DNA from: Salisapilia sapeloensis CBS 127946
Lineage: Eukaryota > Protista > Oomycota
Assembly (NCBI GenBank): GCA_023334545.1
Contig: JAADVB010000157.1
Coordinates: 1-44,527 of the forward strand
Reading direction: 5' to 3'
DNA: 44,527 nucleotides
The translations under genes were made by a program, and so were the position numbers. Below the pieces are notes generated by a model that did no database searches, was not told the DNA's origin, and saw nothing but the letters and a program-made list of their open reading frames with translations. Positions 35,001 to 42,574 of the stretch are shown piece after piece (positions within the stretch are counted from its first letter, which is position 1; every line of letters starts with the position of its first letter).

Positions 35001-37156
35001 AACTCTTTGCGTGTATTGATGCTGGTGCACTGAAGCAAGATAAATTGAAAGAGACAAAGTCTGCGAGTACATTCGGATCCTACCTTGCAATGAACTCGAC
35101 GATCGTAAGCGAAGCGTCGACGCAGTACTCAAGAGTACAAGAGATTGATGTTGATGATATACCTACGGATATCGATTCCATTGGTTTCCCAGATACGGTG
35201 TCCGCCGTTGAAGAGGAAGAAGTCGGATTGGATCTACCTGACAAGCCACATGCTGGCTGGCAAGTTCCTGAAGAAGATATGCGGACCGTCCATCGTGTCA
35301 CGTGCTTACATGCTCTTGAAGTGATGGTAGACGTCGCACCTATTTTAGTAGAGGAAGCTGTCGCCAAGGACAAGAGTGCTTTAAAAATGCTATTCCGAGT
35401 CCTCTTCCCGCCTGGCCATGAAGTCCACAAGTCGGACGAGACAGAGGACGGACTCGCTCTGCCGGAAGATCTGTATGAAGACGGACGATTGCATTGTCTA
35501 CATGCGATCGAAGGCTTATCTGTGTTTGGACGTTTTGCACAAGAAGCTTGTACCATCGGTGTTTGTGACATCCTGATTGAACTCACCCATCTCTGCCGTG
35601 AAGTTGGTGTCGAAGCTCTTGGGATCATTAGAAACTTGTGTGAAAGCAACGCTAGACAACGAGCTGTCGAAGATATCATGCATTCTGGATGCTACATCGA
35701 GTTCCTCGCCATGCTCATTCTAGTAGGTGAATACATCACGGAGAAAGAGTTGGAAATTGCGACGAGCATGCGTCTCCCTGCTGCTCAAGTCCTGTCAGCA
35801 ATGTGCAAATTCGAGTCCGAGACACACTTGGAAGCGAGGCGTACCCTCTGCCGTTTCTTCCCGGTCGCCATGGTCTACCAACTAACGACGTACCCAGACT
35901 CGTTTGTCGAGTTCTATAGCACAGACCATAAGAACCCAGAACTCGTGTGGGACGAAGAGTTCCGTATATATCTACGTGAAAGCATCGGTCACTGCCTCGC
36001 CATGTATTACTCTTCTCCATCCATGGCAGACTCGTCTGCGGGAGATCCGATGCTGTCGGCCGTGTCGACCTTCCAAGTCGACTACACGCCGTTGTATCCG
36101 TACCCGATGGCTGGAGACGTATACTTGCTCCTCTTTTTAGACGATCCGACGTATCGTCTTCGAGATCCTCATTTCTTTGCTACTTGTCTATGGGAAGAGT
36201 TTGACTTTCTCTTCCGAGAACTATCCCACCTCTTGTCTACTTTACAAAAAGGTCCGGATATCGTCAGCAAAGAAGCTGCTGATCGAGACATAGAGCTACT
36301 GGACCTCGTCACGTCTTGTCTTGTCGTTGTGCTTCAAGTGTATCCGAATCTGTTGGATCGGATGGCAGATCTAAATGCGGCAAGTCAGTGCGTCCAGATG
36401 CTACAGGACACTTTCCGAGCTCCTGGTCGGGACCCTTGTCTCGTAAGTGCCATGCGTGTCTTGCGGATTCTATCACTGTCGAAGCCGTGCGTATCGACCA
36501 TGCAGAAAGACTTTCCAACGCTCATCACGTGTGTTCAGACACTCGTGAGTCCAGCGAGAGGTGGTCCGTTGCATTTCGAGGCAGCGTACTCGCTCGGCGT
36601 CTTGCGACGTGTCGTAAAGAACGCGACGAACCATGGTGAGCGAGATCCGAATGCAGGTATCGTCGCCCAGGCGTCTCAAAAAGAATTATTCCAGTTCCTA
36701 TTGCACATCCTTGAATCGAATGCTGCGTTGGGAGCAGTACGTGAACCTACCGTCGTACGCGCGATAGCCATCGACATCTTGTTGACGTTGGAGCGAGATA
36801 CGAATCAAGGTGCGATGGCACACCAGATCTTGAAAAAGAACAAACCGTGGCGAAAGCAGTTTCGACAAGAGTCCATCCGAGACGCAATTGGCAGAAGTGC
36901 CGAGGATCCTTTCTTGTGCGCCAAGTATCCACGAATGGATGCCGTAATTCGAGAACACTTGAGGAGAAACCCACCGAACATGCCTCCATCGCCTCCGACC
37001 AACCTTCGGGCGACAAGCACGTTGGATGAAAGACTGACGATGATGCAGAAATTCCGTAAGGCTGTTGCCATGACAAAGGACACGGAGAATGGCGAGTCAA
37101 CGTCTGGTCAGACTGCTCATCCTGTGCGTACAAGAGGATATGACGACAGGGTATAA
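29072..37156 (+). CDS. DNAJC13: RME-8/DNAJC13-like endosomal protein, intronless, with a degenerate J domain
   Basis: N-terminal KYMVVKHSWRGKYERIF..T.DP..FEVTNTW and EFNANVSPSGI. Four IWN-type repeats (LIWNESCREEL, VVWNQDMR, LYWNASMREEL, LVWDEEFR). A J-like segment lies at ~33617-33817. Confidence 0.92.
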   Translation: MAGRRSSFGSRQSLPLQPDKLSELHPSDSIFMSQQESPMRPPPASAPHASGSGRFRPTTPVEEYVSKYMVVKHSWRGKYERIFAVGPTRFSTIDPKDFEVTNTWALTALSNVQVDPESDDFFILSIKGPKKEEQLRLRCSYRAQLLSDLYNQQNTFARASTGFTSTHRSRYDVRKWSHRPEAASQDEAEHDSDRNEVRSPFIMEIASDALLLLTPEGVQRSRFPYISMDHLSAANDDDDAFILGLQGRDRVFFCHQRSQLLTKAQQAAKQLDLTLSSKRPTSLTQTMIQRKEYGKDVGSALCQFTVQKKAPSKQKEPLDRVLSIHEKYFVEHDMEDNVVSCLSYADIHVITFYPNRSEKFGIEFAGGRRKVYMSSKRDDILADLYDRCITGKENSDILIMPFTNVRGLRLLPFDAQEDTNASHEFFDDQSMSSFFLQRLHSIHRPGSGRNAEDKGFIDIAEEFNANVSPSGIPYNSSQSVVQDALRAIGPQLYYVSKTQPVSTRSACALLQTLYRIAPSFYGFQQIAQVAHMGDSISKLLVSKDPFVIFWTTLLLQRLFSHAPFASHKLDGHMQKQCLDAERRNKAALLGNTVLLEALVSNLKHIESKSMHSLIVMGVIMVLETTVGSSRDTTRATEAKSVVSSVVRCYKSLLTVLLESHCSTTVEACVLLLKATLEECDLDVANRMRDTVLDEGIALTYLYEAITHPSFDQRRVSRHLTALWMSHHDPSKQLLSRILPKAFLSFLDEPLLSTEEQEQMDEMEQRQVFSTNSSVQESRQASSLSSSVTSAQVNDVTGEHSAGPSSFDSSERVQSMTSSDHMRLQENKSFAGESISSSSRKLQKSVSALPPATSPPSLMPRASSAGAARRGVLSKESSARLVQRLQSSDRSIDATPAPASTHAMDSGRVKSRTSLDQSPRKRMNVSKIVQDAVDKMLPEKHSHSVTSIDKEMEKSTLERREAENFNLLFYMLSQDHYQVELIWNESCREELKKALATQVESIGRLQEKQGTNRIRWNHEDFRIDYDSLHDEVVVDGCYLDVLCALPNEHFEDVQEDKFIALSPDDVRMKFPEGVIRSLYQRLLRESIRAEYFNDIQLSHKCVRGMMIVAAAYAKDNGVSSMQFNDLDYLLQMITETKHNDLVASLTHLLRALCMSDINARNVLVHKKNVDIILQLLRMVHASSNVDVDGDDQGERVWIVTKADGESELMNVGEVKQLCASAWDVAAVPVQKAEVKCCEPCTDEWKVSECLQLRWQIMTQGTLDMTQVSHDAASLLLDVAHSTVRNTEMSPYPAPVALEALWSKARELVSLLAEHRTPELRHKVLKLLEFMYSSRWDFSLRDENADACISRKAMYKNGLFYLLFVGEEIDAETTAALLKATHLGQDGKEEDSALTAILPDAMISHLTTSSAETFAATFGGSVETPHVVWNQDMRRHVRDSCLAHMQDYMSCLTQDTTSHWQFVPMAPVRYPELDDDIWCNGVYLQQFCLSLETVIEDPIIFMHALTDLWEKETTRAPCPYDDLDIAADILDVSPRTASSSNDDNAAVVRDGFKRMARQVLLNHADELEYRIRMKELYAAYDRMTCPRPTLLSAGHDPTNLRLILQALVIMCKRYGTDLKSYVFPSYAALLSLLLTHCSAEGSPTVETTEQQRADISEHAAELLYLTCSVNQDNEQLLLEFPDVRSLEKVLNYCVDALVDGDGTSMHEHVSLHLLPTITGLLALQEGRKWAAQSPTLIVDMMRILWLWNHTSKQSLFLSKITQQVLEAMAYLSLSRVNQNVMCAKGAVWQLLLLFSEYNVEMDPRATEERVQEVNIPSEDFDEMRPEIQNYLAILAVKALCRITGVAEKSEVQPPRNLALKAALDALLTPNLANLLTVSDYHEYLKLYHGDCESYTLYWNASMREELLAYVRPRGDEQPSAEMEESLQDIVDFRFEYLGNVVTIGGLYLETLISSFEVIRDTREWVPPEELGIPNSFFTQLFACIDAGALKQDKLKETKSASTFGSYLAMNSTIVSEASTQYSRVQEIDVDDIPTDIDSIGFPDTVSAVEEEEVGLDLPDKPHAGWQVPEEDMRTVHRVTCLHALEVMVDVAPILVEEAVAKDKSALKMLFRVLFPPGHEVHKSDETEDGLALPEDLYEDGRLHCLHAIEGLSVFGRFAQEACTIGVCDILIELTHLCREVGVEALGIIRNLCESNARQRAVEDIMHSGCYIEFLAMLILVGEYITEKELEIATSMRLPAAQVLSAMCKFESETHLEARRTLCRFFPVAMVYQLTTYPDSFVEFYSTDHKNPELVWDEEFRIYLRESIGHCLAMYYSSPSMADSSAGDPMLSAVSTFQVDYTPLYPYPMAGDVYLLLFLDDPTYRLRDPHFFATCLWEEFDFLFRELSHLLSTLQKGPDIVSKEAADRDIELLDLVTSCLVVVLQVYPNLLDRMADLNAASQCVQMLQDTFRAPGRDPCLVSAMRVLRILSLSKPCVSTMQKDFPTLITCVQTLVSPARGGPLHFEAAYSLGVLRRVVKNATNHGERDPNAGIVAQASQKELFQFLLHILESNAALGAVREPTVVRAIAIDILLTLERDTNQGAMAHQILKKNKPWRKQFRQESIRDAIGRSAEDPFLCAKYPRMDAVIREHLRRNPPNMPPSPPTNLRATSTLDERLTMMQKFRKAVAMTKDTENGESTSGQTAHPVRTRGYDDRV

Positions 37157-37259
37157 GTCTTGGAAGTATATGAACTGATGGAAGGAGAATACATAAAGGA
37201 TTATCTTAGCTTTTTGATAAACGCGCGAATCGAACGAAAGAACTTGCGTATTCATTGAC

Positions 37260-38576
37260 TTAGATTGTTGTTTTCGGTTCTACTAATAGCTCGCGGTATT
37301 CCTGCTCAAGTGCTGTCCATGTATGCTTCTGGAAGCTTTGACAGACAGATTGAGCGTCTCGACGGGCTAAAGACGGTCGTAAGCAATAGCTTTTCAGTCT
37401 TTTAAAAAGCTGTCGCTCTGTGTTGTAGAGGCATTGCTTCGGATAAAGCTCTGGATAGACTAGTCGATTCGGAAGAAGAGGAAAACAGCCACATAGCGTT
37501 GCTTCTAGCATTGACACTCCGTAGAACTCATGAAGACTATTCGAGACAACGACGTCGGAATCGCGTAGTATCCGAAAGTACTCTTCTTTCGATGCTGCGT
37601 ATCCCCAATGGCAGATTTGTACTGACGCAAAGCCAGATAATGCTTCAAAAGCCTCTTTAAAGATTTTTGGTGACTCTGGATAGCTCTCACCAAGAACAAT
37701 GAGATCAATACGCTGCGGCAAGCTACTTGTTTGAGTGTCTGGATTACTTTTTTTAAGAAGGAATTGAGCTAGTTCCTCCACAACTCGAAAGAACTGTGTT
37801 GGATTCTTATCATGCTCCCATCGGTGATTCCAAACTATTCTCAACGGTTTGTCTGTAATATCTCTCGATTCGGCATTCCACGTCGAGCTATCAGGAGCTG
37901 GTAGGAAGATAGGAAAGTACAGAACTCTGCTTTTTGATCGAATCGTAGCCTCAATACTGCCTGATGGTCGAAGCTGCTGCTCTGGAATCTTATTCAAAAA
38001 TGGTTGTACGCTACGCAGGAAGCTTGTGCGATTAAAGTCCGAGTTGAAGACGATGGTATCTGCTACCATACACGACATGATTTGACTCCAGCCGATCTGG
38101 AAGTCTTGCGCTGCTACTTTTTGACCAGCGACTTCTTCTTGTAGTGGATACGTGAGCTGGTTTTCATGGAAATATAGGATCTTCTCCACTGTTGGCGAAG
38201 CGAGATGGGGCTGAAAGCCAACGAGCTCTGCAAGATTTACCATGGAGGTTGCGAAGAGCTTACGACGTGTGAATCCGGTGTCAAGTTTTATTTCTTGTGC
38301 GAAATGGAAAGATGAAGCCATGAAGCGCCAATGCCACTTTCGAGGAGGGAGTGTATGGAGTTGATACTGCACATTGCCTGCTTGAAGGATATTTGAAATG
38401 AGAATATCAATAAGCTGTTTGTGTGATCCGCCATAAAACGGTTCAATTAAAATAACTTCGAGGTTATCGGTGGCTTCTGGTTCATCCAGAAACTTAGATT
38501 CTTCCTCGTCGATCATAGTCAATTGCGAGTTAGGACACGCTTTGGTACTTGCTGCAGACTTTCGTGCTGATGGCAT
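37260..38576 (-). CDS. GTDC1-like (DUF3524 + GT-B) glycosyltransferase, homolog of tRNA-queuosine mannosyltransferase QTMAN
   Basis: LIEPFYGGSHKQLID, TLPPRKWHWR, LYFHENQLTYP, ADTIVFNSDFN, IVWNHRWEHDKNP and HEFYGVSMLEA..CGCFPLLP.RLVYPE. Confidence 0.88.
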   Translation of the reverse strand: MPSARKSAASTKACPNSQLTMIDEEESKFLDEPEATDNLEVILIEPFYGGSHKQLIDILISNILQAGNVQYQLHTLPPRKWHWRFMASSFHFAQEIKLDTGFTRRKLFATSMVNLAELVGFQPHLASPTVEKILYFHENQLTYPLQEEVAGQKVAAQDFQIGWSQIMSCMVADTIVFNSDFNRTSFLRSVQPFLNKIPEQQLRPSGSIEATIRSKSRVLYFPIFLPAPDSSTWNAESRDITDKPLRIVWNHRWEHDKNPTQFFRVVEELAQFLLKKSNPDTQTSSLPQRIDLIVLGESYPESPKIFKEAFEALSGFASVQICHWGYAASKEEYFRILRDSDVVVSNSLHEFYGVSMLEATLCGCFPLLPNRLVYPELYPKQCLYNTERQLFKRLKSYCLRPSLARRDAQSVCQSFQKHTWTALEQEYRELLVEPKTTI

Positions 38577-38961
38577 TTAAAATTACGCGGGAAAAGAGAA
38601 ACATCAAAGGTCGTACGAGTAGTTTTTCCATTCGTATATCAAAAGGTCATTTCCATTAATGGACTTACTGGTACAAGTCAAACGAGTACTAAAGAAACTA
38701 CTTTGAACAAAGTGAATTGATGAACTGGTGCAAAGCAGACTAAAGTCCTTCGACAACGAACTGTGGATATTAAAACGAGCTGAAGCATGTGGAAACTCCA
38801 GGTGCTTGAAGCAGTTTTCATTTCATCGAGCTCCGAAAGAGCGACTCAGTTCTATAACTTTTTTTTAATAGACCATGGCGTTGATGCCAAATTTAGCTTC
38901 TTTGGAATTCACATTGCGTTCAAATTGCCACGAATACATCGTCGTATCCGGTCAAGCAATT

Positions 38962-39655
38962 ATGAGTATCCCGCCGAAAATTCAGTGCTTTGCAGGATGT
39001 GGTAATGTCGGAGATCCAGACCTGAGCTTCTTTTGTGTTGACTGCCACGCGGATCGGGCTGAGTTGGAAGAGCAACGAGCTTTGCAGCGCTTCCTGGAAA
39101 CTAATACCAAAGAAAATCAAGCGAATAAACAATTAACGAAGATTTTGCGTCGTAGGGCACCTCCTGCTCTAGACCATCGCAAAGGTATCAACAAAAATAC
39201 AAAGCTCAGGAGTTGCTACAATGGCTAATTAGACATTGTGAAACCTTGTAGCTCTCTTTGACTTTCTAGAAAGACCTCGTGAACGGGATCCGTCCATCGT
39301 TGCGAGAGAGATACACTTCTTGGAGAGGGAACTTCAGATACGAGAGGCATGTAAACAGCAATTGCAACGCTACATGCTAGCAACTGACTATGAAGACGAA
39401 GAAAGAGATCGTCGAGAATGGCATCGATATTTGTATGGTGCGCCCCAACCGGTTCCAAGGAACGATATGGGAGAAGAAGCAGAGCTGAAGGCACAGAGAA
39501 TGCTTTACTGTTACTGGCAAAGGAGAGCATTAAACAAGCGCATTAAAGAACGAATTCGCATCCGAGAGGAACGTGAGAAGGAAGCAAAACAGACACATAA
39601 GCGAAAGCAGAAAGGAAAGACTTTAAAGAAAGTTTCAATCTCGTCGGCAATATAA
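38962..39655 (+). CDS. Uncharacterised protein with an N-terminal A20-type zinc finger and a charged helical C-terminus, 2 exons
   Basis: Exons 38962-39184 and 39252-39655 join in frame through intron 39185-39251 (GTATCA..CTAAT..TAG), merging two ORF-track entries. CFAGCGNVGDPDLSFFCVDC has C-x3-C-x11-C-x2-C spacing. Confidence 0.6.
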
Positions 39656-39709
39656 AACTAAAACCACTTATGAGCGCAATATATGTGTACTTATGCGATA
39701 TACTCGACA

Positions 39710-41032
39710 CTAGACATGCTGAGAGACTTCTTTCGTTTCGTCATCCTGTCGTGACATCTCTTGCTCCGCAGACTCCGCTTTCTGATCCGACTGACCGGTG
39801 CTCGTATCATCTGAATCAGTCTTACCAGAATTATATTTTTCTTTGTCCTTGCTGACACCAGCGTTCGTGGAAGGGTTTGCGGTAGTATCAACCTCCTTCT
39901 TATCATCAGCTACTTCAGTTTCTTTGTCGACAACTGTATCCTTAGTTGGTTCAGCAACTTCCTTCTTCGTACTTTGCTCATCTTCGTTACCGACATCAGC
40001 ATCCAACTTGCTATCTCCGTTTATGGTGAACTTCACATGCGTAAGCTCTTCGCTAAGTTCCCACAGCTTCTTCCCGGCAGATTCTGATGTACCCTTCCAG
40101 TCCGGATTCTCGAGCGTCGGGTATCCACGGATGTGCCATAAACCATCCGGGCCGTAGAATTCACCTCCTTGGACTGTATCCTCTGAAGCGGCATACAGAA
40201 TAGGTAGGGCTCCCATCTCTACACTCTGCTCCGGGTTTACATACTTAAAAACTTTCCAGAAAGCACGGACATGCCACGGGTTGTTACCCGATGGAGCTGA
40301 TAGTACGTTCGTTTTAGCGACACCAGGATGACCACTTAGGACCATGACGTTCTTGATACCGGCAGCTCGAAGACGATGATCAAGCTCTTTCATGAAAATC
40401 AAGCAACCAAGTTTACTGTCTTCATAGACGAACAAAGGAAAGTATTTCTCCTTGGGCTTCACTGGTCGATCTTCATTGTAGAAAAACGAGCATCGGTGCA
40501 TGCAGCTGCCGACGACTACGATGCGAGCAGCTTTACTTCTTCGAAGCATGTCAAAAAGTTGGCAGGTCAGTGCGAAATGACCAAAGTAGTTGGTAGCCCA
40601 TTGTCGGTCGATACCATCTTCTGTTAGGCTATGAGCAATCCCCATGACACCAGCGTTGTTCACGAGCAAGTCGAGGCGTTCGTACTTATCACGGAACTCG
40701 ACTACAAACTGCTTGACGCTGGCAAGGCTGCTAACGTCTAGCTGCATGAACGTAACGGATCCAATATTTAATTCCTCATCCTTATCAGATGAAGGTTGGG
40801 ATGATAGTTCTTCGTTTATCTCTTTTTCTGCCTTGAGGCCTCTTTCAGAGCTACGGCATGCCAGTATCACATGAGCACCTTTCAAAGCAAGCTTGAGCGA
40901 TACTTCGCGACCGAGTCCAGCATTCGCACCCGTCACAATGGTGATCTTCCCACGCATGGACTTCATATTGTCAATGTCCCATTGTTGTGGCTTTTGGTCT
41001 TCCGGAAGTTCACGGCAGCTCGCATTGCCCAT
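39710..41032 (-). CDS. Short-chain dehydrogenase/reductase (RDH11/12- or WWOX-like) with an acidic C-terminal extension
   Basis: TGANAGLG cofactor motif, LDLLVNNAGVM, NYFGHF, catalytic YEDSK, HPG and GEFYGPDG. Confidence 0.93.
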   Translation of the reverse strand: MGNASCRELPEDQKPQQWDIDNMKSMRGKITIVTGANAGLGREVSLKLALKGAHVILACRSSERGLKAEKEINEELSSQPSSDKDEELNIGSVTFMQLDVSSLASVKQFVVEFRDKYERLDLLVNNAGVMGIAHSLTEDGIDRQWATNYFGHFALTCQLFDMLRRSKAARIVVVGSCMHRCSFFYNEDRPVKPKEKYFPLFVYEDSKLGCLIFMKELDHRLRAAGIKNVMVLSGHPGVAKTNVLSAPSGNNPWHVRAFWKVFKYVNPEQSVEMGALPILYAASEDTVQGGEFYGPDGLWHIRGYPTLENPDWKGTSESAGKKLWELSEELTHVKFTINGDSKLDADVGNEDEQSTKKEVAEPTKDTVVDKETEVADDKKEVDTTANPSTNAGVSKDKEKYNSGKTDSDDTSTGQSDQKAESAEQEMSRQDDETKEVSQHV

Positions 41033-41428
41033 GATTGCTCGATCTCGCTACAGAGGTCTTGTTTGTCTCGAGGAAATTTGACAGTGAGCACGGTAGGTTC
41101 AGCGTTTCCATGTGTCATATAGCGGATACCATCAATACGGCACTACGACTACAAAAACAGATGCGTCATTACACATTGAAGGCAACCAAGATATATAATC
41201 AGATAGTCCATTACAAGTTTCTTTCGTCTACTTCTAGCTACCAAAATTTGCAGTGTGCAGGACTGGTAAAGCATACCTTGCATCAAATAGAACCGAAAAT
41301 CTTATCTATGCGGTTATTTCGTAGTTACATGGCCAATAAATATAGAGGCAAAGCGGCAAAGTGGCAACTATCGATATGAGATGGGAACAATAGAGTAACA
41401 TACGAGAGTACTCGAGGGAAGTAAGATC

Positions 41429-41457
41429 GTCACTTACGTTTTTGAATCGTAAGTGAC
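41429..41457. repeat. Inverted repeat: 10-bp perfect stem, 9-nt loop
   Basis: GTCACTTACG (41429-38) pairs with CGTAAGTGAC (41448-57). Confidence 0.7.
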
Positions 41458-41586
41458 TAAATCCGTTGAGTCATCATTTTATCGATTGCAACGATAACCA
41501 AGGAGCAAATGTGATCCTTTACGTTACAGACAGAACTATTCGGTAGGAAGTCAGTTGCGAAAAAGATATTTTCTTAATCTTTCTAA

Positions 41587-41833
41587 TAGGGCGTGTCAAA
41601 CCTGTCAAAATTGCAAAATATAATGAGGTGTCTGATTGCCAAATAATTGTCCATAACTTCTAAAATAATCGGAAGTTTTATTTCGAACGCTCATGAATCA
41701 GTCAGGCCTTAAATAGGATAAACCACCTCCGGAGGTGGTTTGTTTTATTTTGGAAATAAGATCAGTAGAGCCGAAAGATAAGAATCTTATTTAAGAAAAA
41801 TAAGGCACCTTTTGGCAGGTTTGACACCCCCTA
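41587..41833. mobile_element. Non-autonomous TIR element (MITE), ~245 bp
   Basis: Left end 41587-41610 TAGGGCGTGTCAAACCTGTCAAAA; reverse complement of right end 41810-41833 TAGGGGGTGTCAAACCTGCCAAAA (22/24 identical). The flanks fit either a TA duplication or a 3-bp AAT duplication (41585-87 and 41833-35). The interior is AT-rich with no ORF. Confidence 0.8.
41720..41741. repeat. Perfect 22-bp palindrome inside the MITE
   Basis: AAACCACCTCCGGAGGTGGTTT is its own reverse complement. Confidence 0.9.
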
Positions 41834-42574
41834 ATCTTGATATTGAATGTAGTCAATGACTGCCTATTTCATCCTGCTGCGATCGGCTCGATTCTTAGGC
41901 ATTTGCATTCACGATGACGCCAAAGTCAACTACAGACCTTCAGTTTTTTCACATAACTGGAAATCCACGCGCCATCCAAGTATTTCATTGCTCCCATAAG
42001 CCGCATGGCACATCTACCACAAGATATCTTCAACTAATTGCACTACAACTGGTGCAATCATCTCTATATGATACTTGTGTCGGTGCTTCAAGTGTCAACA
42101 AGATACTTTGTGTCGAAAATGTCAAACTTGATGCAGCATAAACCAGGAAATGAGACTCATCCCAGACCCCATTTCTTACTTGGATATCCATTTCAGTCAC
42201 TAGCATAATGCCAACCTTCTATTTAATTACACAAGCGATCTGGTGCACCAAAAAATCTCCTTTTCTAAAGCATTCCTTATCCGGTCTCAGGTTCATCTAT
42301 CCTCTCAGCTAATGAACCTTCAACAAGATCATTTTCACCTATTAAAAGCCATCCATCCTCCCTATAGAACTAGAAACCGAAGGAACGCATGGCGTACATC
42401 TATGTATTATGTATGCGTTATGACGAAAGGGCTTCCTTCTATTATATCCCTAATGGCAAACCGCAGGAATGCCAAACGTTCCTATGCCGGTTGGAATGCA
42501 GGGATGAACAAGATGTCATCCATAATGCAAATGTCGACGTCATCCGAGCCGTCTATACAGGCTAGCCAAAACCT

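Noticed and set aside
42190-42240. Minus-strand 'CN*IEGWH', resembling a MULE transposase NNxxEGWH motif
   Set aside because: It is too short, is interrupted by stops, and has no supporting flanking similarity.
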